Shown here in pieces: positions 19,684 through 28,824 of a stretch of DNA of 64,000 nucleotides; within the stretch, counting starts at the first letter, position 1; every line of letters starts with the position of its first letter. The notes under the pieces were generated by a model. The model saw only the letters and a program-made list of their open reading frames with translations. It searched no databases and was not told where the DNA came from. The translations under genes and the position numbers were made by a program. The DNA comes from Cellvibrionales bacterium (lineage in GTDB: Bacteria; Pseudomonadota; Gammaproteobacteria; Pseudomonadales; UBA7434), in NCBI GenBank assembly GCA_041941365.1, contig JBGTQK010000004.1, forward strand, positions 132,598 through 196,597. Direction: 5' to 3'.

Positions 19684-21522
19684 ATGGCGTCAGTTCAATC
19701 TTTAGGAGTTGGTTCCGGTATCGATCTTCAATCTTTGGTTGAAGGTTTAGTAGCAACTGAAACACAAGTTCGTCTTGGCCGGCTTGATTCAAGAGAAGGC
19801 AATGCTACTGCTAAAATTTCTGCTTATGGCAATTTAAAAAGTGCCGTTTCCCAGTTTAATGATACATTAAATACACTTGCTGATATCTCTACATTTCGTT
19901 CCAGAAATGTCAGTTCTTCAAATGAAGATAGCTTTACTGTTTCTGCATCATCAGACGCTGCTTTGGGTACCTATAATATTGGTGTGACTCAGGCGGGTAT
20001 AGCACAAACATTATCTGCATCAGGTATTGTTGATGTTACCAATACGGCATTGGACAGTGCAGATATTGCTATAGGTGGAGGTACTCTAACGATACAACAG
20101 GGAACCCAGCCATCTTTCGATGTTGATATATCATCGGCTTCCAGTTCCTTAAACGATATTGTCAAAGCAATCAATGAAGCAGAAGATAATACAGGTGTAA
20201 GTGCTTCCGTTATTAATGCAGATTCAGGTCCAGTGTTAGTTATCAATGCTACGGAGACCGGATCAGATAATGATATATCCATTTCGGTTACAGATATAGA
20301 TGGTGATACCGAAGACAGCATCGGTTTATCTCAACTTCGTTTTGATGCGGGAACAGGTAGCCGTTTTACAGAAATTGCCGCAGCGTTGGATACAATAATC
20401 ACAGTCAATGGCGTTAGTATAACTTCAACGTCGGGAAGCACATTTAGCGATGTCGTCAGCGGTGTTTCAATTACAGCAATATCAGAGACCACCTCTGACG
20501 GAACGGCTACTATTACTCAGGATGTTGCAAAAGCAACTGAAGCGATCGATGCATTTATAGAAAATTTTAATGGCCTGATTGATAACGTGAATGATCTTGG
20601 GAGAGCAGGTACTGAAGATGCACAGAGCTCTTCTCCTTTAGTTGGCGATTCGGTACTTAGAAATCTGACGTCACAATTAAGGCGAACTATTTTTTCAACT
20701 ATAGATGAGACACAGCCAGAAGGCGTGCAAACACTTAGCGATATTGGTATCAATGTTGATCGTAACGGAAAGCTGGAGTTGGACTCATCAAAGTTAGGTG
20801 ATTTATTAGAAAGTAATTTTGATGACGTAGCGCGTTTATTGGCAGCAGATGGAAACCCTATTTCTCAACAGCAGGAGTTGAGTACAGTCAGTTATGATGC
20901 TGTTTCATCTTTGGTTGGTTCAGGGCAATTGGATATTGCTGTTGGTGAAGATAGTTTTTCGATAACTGTTGGTGGTTCTGACACTTTGCAAACATTGCGT
21001 GATGCTATCAATTCAGCCACTGATAATACAGGAGTTACTGCTTCGATCATTCTGGAAGATGATGGTGGTGGTGGCACTGACGCTAAATTATTGCTTACTG
21101 CAGATGAAGCGGGTACTGAGCAGCAAATAACAATTACTGTTGATGACGATGATGGTAACGATACTGATCTAACAGGTTTATCTATTCTGGCTACTGATAA
21201 TCTAACCGAATTGGTGAATGCAGAACTGGATGCACCGGAAGGTGTCATTGTTCGCCTGCAAGAAGTTGTGGCAACTTATTTGGGCGGTTCCGGTGAGCAG
21301 GGAATTATTGATGCTAGAACTGAGGGTTTAAATGCTGATATAGAGCGCATAAACGATGAGCGTTTGTTACAGCAGACCCGATTGGAGCAGTATGAAGCAA
21401 GACTAGTACAACAGTTCGCATCACTTGATTTGTTAGTAGCAAATTTGCAAAGTAGTGGAGACTTTTTATTAAGTCAGCTCAGTTCAGCAGCTCAAATTAC
21501 TAACAATAGAAACAGTAGTTAG
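19684..21522 (+). CDS. fliD: Flagellar filament cap protein FliD (612 aa)
   Basis: N-terminus SLGVGSGIDLQSLVEGLVATE and C-terminus coiled coil RLEQYEARLVQQFASLDLLVANLQSSGDFL. Confidence 0.93.
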   Translation: MASVQSLGVGSGIDLQSLVEGLVATETQVRLGRLDSREGNATAKISAYGNLKSAVSQFNDTLNTLADISTFRSRNVSSSNEDSFTVSASSDAALGTYNIGVTQAGIAQTLSASGIVDVTNTALDSADIAIGGGTLTIQQGTQPSFDVDISSASSSLNDIVKAINEAEDNTGVSASVINADSGPVLVINATETGSDNDISISVTDIDGDTEDSIGLSQLRFDAGTGSRFTEIAAALDTIITVNGVSITSTSGSTFSDVVSGVSITAISETTSDGTATITQDVAKATEAIDAFIENFNGLIDNVNDLGRAGTEDAQSSSPLVGDSVLRNLTSQLRRTIFSTIDETQPEGVQTLSDIGINVDRNGKLELDSSKLGDLLESNFDDVARLLAADGNPISQQQELSTVSYDAVSSLVGSGQLDIAVGEDSFSITVGGSDTLQTLRDAINSATDNTGVTASIILEDDGGGGTDAKLLLTADEAGTEQQITITVDDDDGNDTDLTGLSILATDNLTELVNAELDAPEGVIVRLQEVVATYLGGSGEQGIIDARTEGLNADIERINDERLLQQTRLEQYEARLVQQFASLDLLVANLQSSGDFLLSQLSSAAQITNNRNSS

Positions 21523-21591
21523 GTTATAAATAAGGGTTATATCAACTGTTTTTCAGCAATTATATTTACTGGAAATTATTTTGGAGAAACA

Positions 21592-22011
21592 ATGAAAAAT
21601 CATGCCGGTGCATACCAGAATATAAATACACAAACAGCCATTATTGATGCTGACCCTCACCGTTTAATACAAATGTTATTTGATGGGGCAATTAAACAAA
21701 TAGCAATAGCTAAAGGGTGTATTGAGAGAGATGATATTGCTGGAAGGGGTGAATCGATTGGCAAAGCGATAGCGATAGTTGGTGGTTTAAGAGATACATT
21801 AAACACCGATGTAAATGAAACAGATTTACCTGGGAATCTTGCTTCTCTTTATGAATACGTAACGGAGGCTTTGACCACAGCCAACCTTGAGAAAAACATT
21901 GAATATCTAGAAAGCGCTCATGTTGTATTAAGCGAGTTGAGAGAAGGTTGGAGTATGATAAGAACCGAAGCACTCGAAGTGCAACAAAGTATAGAATCAT
22001 CAACAGTATAA
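21592..22011 (+). CDS. fliS: Flagellin-specific export chaperone FliS
   Basis: AYQNINTQTAIIDADPHRLIQMLFDGAIKQIAIAK is the canonical FliS N-terminal region. Confidence 0.9.
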   Translation: MKNHAGAYQNINTQTAIIDADPHRLIQMLFDGAIKQIAIAKGCIERDDIAGRGESIGKAIAIVGGLRDTLNTDVNETDLPGNLASLYEYVTEALTTANLEKNIEYLESAHVVLSELREGWSMIRTEALEVQQSIESSTV

Positions 22012-22041
22012 AATTATTACATACTATTAATTTAGGTAGGT

Positions 22042-22335
22042 ATGCTTTTGAATCATAATCAGTTCCTGCAAAAATTTTCTTTAGCTATCCATGAAAAAAA
22101 TTGGCAGAAGATAGAAGAGCTCATTGATAGTTTTCCACAGCTTATTCAGGGGCTGTCTGTTGATAACGAAAATAAAGTGAATAAAAAAGATGATTACATT
22201 CTAGAATTGATTGAATTATGTACGAAAGCTAAGCGGTTTGCACAACTAGAGCGAGATGAAATAGGTGAAACATTAAAAGAAGCACGTTTTGCACGAAAAA
22301 GTGTGGATGTGTATGCCAATAATTCAAAAAAATGA
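22042..22335 (+). CDS. Small helical hypothetical protein in the position usually occupied by FliT-like chaperone genes
   Basis: 97-aa ORF lying 30 bp after fliS and predicted to be helical. The functional suggestion rests on position only; no motif was recognised. Confidence 0.4.
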   Translation: MLLNHNQFLQKFSLAIHEKNWQKIEELIDSFPQLIQGLSVDNENKVNKKDDYILELIELCTKAKRFAQLERDEIGETLKEARFARKSVDVYANNSKK

Positions 22336-22688
22336 CTGCATGTAATTTTATTCTTTTTATTAGCTATTTTTGATTGTCTTTCTTGATTATTTGCCATATT
22401 CTTGACTCATGAATAGCAAATAAAGCTTTTTTCTGTAACTCGACAATATCTAATTGTAACGGTACGCAATAAGTACTTATTAGAATCTATAACAGTTTAA
22501 TAATTAATCGTCGATTACAATTATTCAAAAATAAAGGGACAATTATTCAAGCAATAGTTTATGGAGTTGTTGTATTTGATGGTGCGATTGAAATTGTATC
22601 AATCGTGTGGGTGTATGAGTGAAAAAAATGAAAAAAATCTTGGGCAAGTTTTATGACTGGTTTGGGTTTTTTATAGGGTGCGAAGATT

Positions 22689-24128
22689 ATGATGTTGGAT
22701 GAGACTCAAGTTGTTATTATTGACAATAATAGAAACAGAAGTCACGACGTTGAGCTGCTGTTCAGGTTTGTTGGTGAGTCTGCTCAAGTATTCGATTTTG
22801 CTCAGTTTGAAAGTTTTGATTTAGAAAGCATAACTTTTTTTAAGAGTACAAAATTGATTATCATCGCAGCTGGTGAAACACCGCTAATATCACCATTACA
22901 AAGAATAAAAGAACACCTTTCAAATATTCCTGTTATTTTGATGGGGACGGATGTTGATTATGATGCCATTCCTTCTTCTCTAAGTGAACAGATTGTCTCG
23001 CAGTTAGCATTTCCTTTTGAATACTCAAGGTTAATTGACGAATTACACCGCGTTCAAATATTTCATGAACAGCGACTGGATATAGAAAAGAAACAAGGAA
23101 AGCGTGATCTCTTATTATTCAGAAGCCTGGTTGGATCGAGTAAAAAAGTTAAAGATGTTAGGGCTTTAATGGCTCAAGTTGCAGATAAAGATGTCACTGT
23201 ATTAATTACCGGTGAATCAGGTACAGGTAAAGAAGTTGTTGCCAGAAATTTGCATTATCATTCATCACGTCGTCAAGGCCCGTTTGTCCCCGTTAATTGT
23301 GGCGCTATTCCTCCCGAGTTGTTGGAAAGTGAACTGTTTGGTCATGAGAAAGGTGCTTTTACTGGAGCAATAAGCAGTAGAGCAGGCCGATTTGAAATGG
23401 CTGAAGGTGGCACTCTCTTTCTTGATGAGATAGGTGATATGCCACTCAATATGCAAGTTAAAATATTGCGTGTTTTACAGGAGCGGACTTATGAGCGTGT
23501 AGGAGGAAACAAAACACAGCATACAGATGTTAGAGTTATAGCTGCAACTCATAAGAATCTTGAGGAGATGATAGCAACGGGTGACTTTAGAGAAGATCTT
23601 TATTACCGGTTGAATGTCTTCCCTATTGAAATGCCTTCGTTAAGGGAACGAATAGAGGATGTTCCCTTATTATTGAACGAGTTAATTCATCGGCTGGAAA
23701 ATGAGGAAAGAGGGTCGGTGCGTTTTAATTCTGCTGCTATCTTGAGTTTATGCCAGTACAGTTGGCCCGGTAATGTCAGGGAATTGGCGAATTTGGTTGA
23801 ACGTATGGCAATTATGTACCCAAATGCAGTGGTAGGGGTAGAGCACTTACCTTCCCGGTTCAGGACAGATGACTTTAGTGAGACTGTTAATGACACGCTG
23901 AATAATCAGGTGACAAGAGTACCTATTGTCAGCATGGAAGAGATGCCTTTGTTACCAACAGAAGGCATAGATTTAAAGGAATACATTGCACAATTAGAAC
24001 AAAACCTGATAAAACAGGCACTTGATGAAACCGGTGGCGTAGTTGCCAGAGCAGCCGAGAAGCTAAAGGTTCGCCGTACTACATTAGTAGAAAAAATGCG
24101 CAAGTATGATTTGAATCGAGCTTGCTAA
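22689..24128 (+). CDS. fleQ: Sigma-54-dependent flagellar master regulator FleQ/FlrA
   Basis: AAA+ Walker A GESGTGKE, the sigma54-contact motif GAFTGA, and a C-terminal Fis-type HTH. The N-terminal receiver-like domain lacks the acceptor Asp (LIIIAAGE), as in FleQ. Confidence 0.88.
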   Translation: MMLDETQVVIIDNNRNRSHDVELLFRFVGESAQVFDFAQFESFDLESITFFKSTKLIIIAAGETPLISPLQRIKEHLSNIPVILMGTDVDYDAIPSSLSEQIVSQLAFPFEYSRLIDELHRVQIFHEQRLDIEKKQGKRDLLLFRSLVGSSKKVKDVRALMAQVADKDVTVLITGESGTGKEVVARNLHYHSSRRQGPFVPVNCGAIPPELLESELFGHEKGAFTGAISSRAGRFEMAEGGTLFLDEIGDMPLNMQVKILRVLQERTYERVGGNKTQHTDVRVIAATHKNLEEMIATGDFREDLYYRLNVFPIEMPSLRERIEDVPLLLNELIHRLENEERGSVRFNSAAILSLCQYSWPGNVRELANLVERMAIMYPNAVVGVEHLPSRFRTDDFSETVNDTLNNQVTRVPIVSMEEMPLLPTEGIDLKEYIAQLEQNLIKQALDETGGVVARAAEKLKVRRTTLVEKMRKYDLNRAC

Positions 24129-24274
24129 TTAATCTTTATTACTTCCTTTACACCATTTTGAAATCAAATCCGCGCTTTTAATATGCGTCGAAAACTTGAC
24201 TTGATTATTTGATCATTCCCTTAGTTTATTCCTTATTTTTTATAAGTTATTGATATAAAAGCTATTTTAAAAGC

Positions 24275-24290
24275 GGGCATAGCAATTGCT
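24275..24290 (+). promoter_or_regulatory. Sigma-54 type promoter (-24/-12) for fleS-fleR
   Basis: GGGCATAGCAATTGCT against the consensus TGGCACG-N4-TTGCW, in the correct register. Lies upstream of the ATG at 24377. Confidence 0.65.
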
Positions 24291-24376
24291 CTCCTTGAAT
24301 AGTGTATTTTCAATATCGGCTAAATGATCATTCTCCTCATAAAAGCAGGGGGTATCAACTGGTCGAAGGACTGAGG

Positions 24377-25597
24377 ATGAATTTAGATTCAGAAAAGCAT
24401 GCAGCCTCCACTGAAGGGTTGTTAGAAAACTTTCAGTTATTTAATCGTATGTCAAATGATTTGGCAAAGTCTTATTCTGCACTGGAGCAACAAGTTGCTG
24501 AGCTTACAAGAGAGCTTGAACGAGTAAACCAGCTGCGTGAACAGGAGAATAATACACGATTGAAAGTAACTTCAAAATTAAGCAATCTACTTGAGTTTTT
24601 ACCTGGTGGCGTCATTGTACTCGACCAGTGGGGAAATGTTTCACAGACTAATCCCGCAGCAGAAGAACTGTTAGGTGAAAAACTCAGTGGTCAAAAATGG
24701 TTGAATCTTATAGAAAAATGTTTTGCACCAAAGTCTGATGATGGTCACGAGATATCTTTAAAGAATGGAAAGCGAGTGAGTCTGGCTACACGTTCACTCG
24801 AAGCTGAATTAGGCCAAATTATTTTATTGACTGACCAAACAGAAACACGAAATTTACAAGAGCAAGTGAGTCGTAATCAAAGATTAACAGCATTAGGGAA
24901 AATGGTCTCAGCACTTGCTCATCAAATAAGAACACCATTATCCGCTGCACTACTTTATGCTGGTCACTTGAGTGAAAGGGATTTTGACTCTGATCAAACA
25001 AAAAATTATGCGGGTAAGATAGTTTCCCGGTTGAATCACCTTGAGCAGCAAGTTAGAGACATGCTGATCTTTGCAAAAGGTGATGTTAAATTATCTGACA
25101 CGCTTAATATAAATCAGCTTATTATAGATGTTAGGCAAAGCATAGACGTTTTATTGCATGCTAATGAAGTTTCATTAAAAATAACACCTTCAAAAGTGGA
25201 TGCGCAAATAGTTTGTAATCGTCAGGTACTGGTCGGGTCATTAGCGAATCTGGTTCAGAATGCTGTTCAGGCAAGTCAGCCAGGGCAGGTAATTGAGTGG
25301 GTTACTGAGGTTGTTGGTCGAAGCTTGAAAATAACGATAAAAGACTCTGGTTGTGGTATAGAGGATTCAGTGCTTGAGCGGTTGCATAGAGAAGAAGCAT
25401 TTGTAACTACCAAGGCGCAGGGTACCGGGCTTGGGTTAGCAGTTGTGAGAGCTGTAATCAGGGCACATCAAGGTGAACTAAAAATTTCGTCCAGAGTGAA
25501 ACAAGGAACAGAAGTTATTATCTCATTACCCTGTTTTGCTGTTGAAGATAATAACGTAGAAGGTTCAGAAGTTGAAAGTTCAGCTAGTGAAGGATAA
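24377..25597 (+). CDS. fleS: Flagellar two-component sensor histidine kinase FleS/FlrB
   Basis: PAS-like region, H-box SALAHQIRTPLSA, and an ATPase G-boxes region (DSGCGI...GTGLGLAV). I chose the ATG at 24377 because the ORF-track start at 24302 would overlap the sigma54 promoter and its predicted transcription start. Confidence 0.85.
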   Translation: MNLDSEKHAASTEGLLENFQLFNRMSNDLAKSYSALEQQVAELTRELERVNQLREQENNTRLKVTSKLSNLLEFLPGGVIVLDQWGNVSQTNPAAEELLGEKLSGQKWLNLIEKCFAPKSDDGHEISLKNGKRVSLATRSLEAELGQIILLTDQTETRNLQEQVSRNQRLTALGKMVSALAHQIRTPLSAALLYAGHLSERDFDSDQTKNYAGKIVSRLNHLEQQVRDMLIFAKGDVKLSDTLNINQLIIDVRQSIDVLLHANEVSLKITPSKVDAQIVCNRQVLVGSLANLVQNAVQASQPGQVIEWVTEVVGRSLKITIKDSGCGIEDSVLERLHREEAFVTTKAQGTGLGLAVVRAVIRAHQGELKISSRVKQGTEVIISLPCFAVEDNNVEGSEVESSASEG

Positions 25598-25666
25598 CAG
25601 CTTAATAGAAAAAGTATTGATTATTGAGTAAGTAAAGTAATTGTTTTATAAGCTTGTGAGTAGAGA

Positions 25667-27163
25667 ATGAATATCACAGAAGTAATTACAGAAAAGAATG
25701 AGCAGGTACTGAATTCAGAAGACCAGGTTTCTTTAATTTCAGATAGTTGTTATCAACAAAGTTTAACAACACAGAGCCGTGTATTAGTTGTAGAAGATGA
25801 TCTAATACTTCAAGAAGCAATTTGCGATACTTTAATGCTGGCTGGGTGTGATGTTTTTTCTGCTCCCTCGGCAGAAAAAGCGTTAGAAATGTTAAAAGAA
25901 ACCCCGGTCGATCTTGTTATTTCTGATGTCAACATGGGTGGTATGGATGGCCATCAGTTATTAAAGCATATCAAATTACAAACACCCTATTTGCCCGTAG
26001 TGTTGATTACAGCATACGCAAGTATTCAGCGTTCAGTAGAAGCTATTCAACAAGGAGCAGTTGATTATCTGGTAAAGCCGTTTGATCACAAAGAGTTGGT
26101 TAATCTGGTTTCACGTTATGCTTTAGGGGCGGTATCCGAAGAACAGGCGCCAATTATTGAAGACCCGGCAAGTAGAGAATTGTTTGCACTGGCTGATAAG
26201 GTAGCAAAGACAGATTTAACGATTTTAATTGCAGGCGAATCAGGTGTCGGTAAGGAGGTGCTTGCACAATATATTCATGCTAACTCAAATCGGAGTGCTA
26301 GACCTTTTGTGGCCATTAACTGTGCTGCTATTCCAGAGACAATGTTAGAAGCAACTTTGTTTGGTCATGAAAAAGGAGCGTTTACAGGTGCACACCAGGC
26401 TATGCCTGGAAAATTTGAACAGGCAAACGGTGGAACACTGCTACTCGATGAAGTATCTGAAATGGATTTATCTTTACAGGCCAAGTTATTACGAGTATTA
26501 CAAGAGCAAGAAGTCGAGAGGCTTGGGGGTAGGAAAGTTATTTCGTTAGATGTTCGGGTGATCGCTACAACAAATAGAAACTTGCGAGGGTATGTAGAAG
26601 AGGGGAACTTTAGAGAAGACTTATTTTATCGGTTGAGTGTTTTTCCTCTAACGATAAAACCACTTGCTGAGCGTCCAAAAGATATTGTTCCGTTGGCAAA
26701 GCGGTTGTTATTGAAACATATAAAGAAAATGGGTAAATCTTCTGTTTCTCTTAGTTCTGATGCAGAGCAAAAGCTTCAGACACATCATTGGCCAGGCAAT
26801 GTCAGAGAACTGGATAATATTATCCAGCGGGCGCTTATTCTACAAAGTGGTTTACAAATTCAGGGAATAGATCTTTTATTTGATTCACCCAGTGAAAAGA
26901 AAAATGCTTTTCAACACGAACAAGAGGCAGAATTACAGAATACTCAGGCTGTTATTGAGCAGCCTATACAAGAAAACGAGAGTGTTTTTCATAAAAATAA
27001 CTCTTCATTATCAGGTGATGTAAAAAATCATGAATTCCAACTTATTCTGGACGCGTTAACAAAAAATCATGGTTCTCGTCAGAAAACAGCGGAGCAGCTC
27101 GGAATAAGCCCAAGGACTTTACGTTATAAGATGGCGAAGATGCGTGAAGAAGGAATTCTTTAG
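25667..27163 (+). CDS. fleR: Sigma-54-dependent response regulator FleR/FlrC
   Basis: REC domain (VLVVEDD...ISDVNMGGMDG...VDYLVKP), AAA+ motif GESGVGKE, GAFTGA, and a C-terminal Fis HTH (TAEQLGISPRTLRYKM). Confidence 0.9.
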   Translation: MNITEVITEKNEQVLNSEDQVSLISDSCYQQSLTTQSRVLVVEDDLILQEAICDTLMLAGCDVFSAPSAEKALEMLKETPVDLVISDVNMGGMDGHQLLKHIKLQTPYLPVVLITAYASIQRSVEAIQQGAVDYLVKPFDHKELVNLVSRYALGAVSEEQAPIIEDPASRELFALADKVAKTDLTILIAGESGVGKEVLAQYIHANSNRSARPFVAINCAAIPETMLEATLFGHEKGAFTGAHQAMPGKFEQANGGTLLLDEVSEMDLSLQAKLLRVLQEQEVERLGGRKVISLDVRVIATTNRNLRGYVEEGNFREDLFYRLSVFPLTIKPLAERPKDIVPLAKRLLLKHIKKMGKSSVSLSSDAEQKLQTHHWPGNVRELDNIIQRALILQSGLQIQGIDLLFDSPSEKKNAFQHEQEAELQNTQAVIEQPIQENESVFHKNNSSLSGDVKNHEFQLILDALTKNHGSRQKTAEQLGISPRTLRYKMAKMREEGIL

Positions 27164-27618
27164 TCGCTCAACTTCCTTTAGCGAGAAAAGCACTAAAATA
27201 GAGCATTATCAATAATAAAATAGCTTATATTTTTTGGTGTTAATTTAATCTGGTTTATAGTGATTTATCTTTGCTTTATTATTTTAATCTTAAATAATTA
27301 AAAAGCCTTTGCTAAAAGTGATTCCTAACATCGTGTTAGCTGTCAATAGCGTAATTATTTGGTTTAAAGGGCAAGTAATTGTTTGGTTTTGTGCATTTTA
27401 CCGTTCTCTTGGATGTATCCCCGTTTATAGTTAGCCCCAAGACTCTTAACTGGAGTTTGCCATAAAGGCATTGTTTTGTCTGGTTATTTTTTAAAAGTAT
27501 CCGGGCAAGCATTTGTCAACAAGTGGGTTTGAAACAAACAATGGCTATTGTGAGCTGAAATCATTAAGCAGCAAACTTGCATGGCCTTAGGGTTATTTAA
27601 AATATTTGGAGTGCGATT

Positions 27619-28317
27619 ATGAAATCTTTAGCTAAATCTATTGCTGTTGCATCTTTAGCAACAGTCGCTACTGCAGCGAATGCAGGTTTGTCTACAACAA
27701 TTGGTATGGTTTCTGACTATATCTACCGTGGTGCATCATTGGGTGATGCTGGCGCATACTGGAGTCTTGACTTTGAACAAGACGGCTTTTATGCAGGTGC
27801 ATGGGCAATTGATGATGGCTCTGCCGGTAACAACGGTTTGGAAATTGATTATTACCTTGGTTACACTGGTGAAGTTGAAGGTTTTTCTTACGGTATTGGT
27901 TTTACTCGTTATGAGTACACATATTCATCAGACTTTGAACAAGAAATCAATTTAAGTGTTGGTACTGCAGGTTTTGGTCTGGATATTGCCATTGGTACAG
28001 AAGACGATTCGATTGATGACCCTACTGATACAAGTGACTTTGAAGACGAAGCTGATTACCTGGTTTATGTATTAAGTTATGCTAACGGCCCTTGGGGTGT
28101 TGCTTTAGGTCAATTTGATGGCGATGAAGGTGATGAGAAAGAAAATACTGAGAATGATTACAAGTGGTTTGAAGTTTCTTACGGTCAGGAGATTGGTACA
28201 TTTGATGTAACCGCAACTATTGGCCAGCAGTTTGATCTTGAAGATGGTGGTGCTGATGGAAGTTCATACGGCACTCAGTACCTTGTTCTTGATGTAAGCA
28301 AAGGTTTTGATCTATAA
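27619..28317 (+). CDS. Outer-membrane beta-barrel protein (Gcw_chp / TorF-like family)
   Basis: Signal peptide ending AANA, followed by GLSTTIGMVSDYIYRGASLGD, the signature start of the proteobacterial Gcw_chp porin-like family. Aromatic C-terminal beta-strand. Confidence 0.6.
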   Translation: MKSLAKSIAVASLATVATAANAGLSTTIGMVSDYIYRGASLGDAGAYWSLDFEQDGFYAGAWAIDDGSAGNNGLEIDYYLGYTGEVEGFSYGIGFTRYEYTYSSDFEQEINLSVGTAGFGLDIAIGTEDDSIDDPTDTSDFEDEADYLVYVLSYANGPWGVALGQFDGDEGDEKENTENDYKWFEVSYGQEIGTFDVTATIGQQFDLEDGGADGSSYGTQYLVLDVSKGFDL

Positions 28318-28342
28318 GCTCTTACTTAAAGATTAGTGCTTT

Positions 28343-28373
28343 AAAAAAGAGGTGCTTAGGCACCTCTTTTTTT
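28343..28373. terminator. Bidirectional rho-independent terminator
   Basis: AAAAAAGAGGTGC-ttag-GCACCTCTTTTTTT, between the convergent OMP gene and yciH. Confidence 0.85.
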
Positions 28374-28402
28374 ATTTATGTATATTGAAGCAGCGTATTT
28401 AG

Positions 28403-28762
28403 TTAGCCACCAACACGTTTTACTTTATATTTGTTTTTTTCTAACCATTGTTGAATTGTATCGCGATGGTCACCTTGTATTTCTATAATACCATCTTTTA
28501 TAGCACCACCACTTGAGCACAGTTGCTTGAGTTTTTTAGCCAGAGTTTTAAGTTCTGCTCCTTCAAGCCCTAATCCTGATATAAGGGTAACGCCAGCGCC
28601 TTTTCGCCCTTTGGTTTCTCGACTTAGTCTAACGAAACCATCTTGTGAAACAGATGTGCTGTTTTTGGCCTTAGAACAAGTACAGTTGGTTATCGGGTTG
28701 TTACAGTCAGGGCATATTCTTCCCGATTCAGTACTGTAAACACGATTTGAAGCCATACTCAT
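28403..28762 (-). CDS. yciH: SUI1-family translation initiation factor-like protein YciH
   Basis: N-terminal Cys pairs (CPDCNNPITNCTC). SUI1 core RKGAGVTLISGL...LKQLCSSGGAIKDGIIEIQGDHRD. Confidence 0.85.
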   Translation of the reverse strand: MSMASNRVYSTESGRICPDCNNPITNCTCSKAKNSTSVSQDGFVRLSRETKGRKGAGVTLISGLGLEGAELKTLAKKLKQLCSSGGAIKDGIIEIQGDHRDTIQQWLEKNKYKVKRVGG

Positions 28763-28824
28763 CTCATTTTTGGTGAGTCTAGATTGATAGATATCTAGTC
28801 TAAATAACCTATATGCTATTAACT

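Noticed and set aside
7119-21248. Numerous 60-118-aa antisense ORFs within flgE, flgI, flgK, fliC, flaG and fliD (for example 18320-18658, 19240-19581, 19989-20321, 20892-21248)
   Set aside because: All are embedded opposite strongly conserved flagellar genes. Their Ser/Pro/Thr/Ala-rich translations are the mirror image of the Thr/Ser/Gly/Ala-rich sense frames, which naturally lack stop codons on the opposite strand.
24302-24376. Upstream GTG start for fleS given by the ORF track
   Set aside because: The sigma54 promoter at 24275-24290 would put the transcription start at or after this codon. The ATG at 24377, with an AGG-containing RBS, is more plausible.
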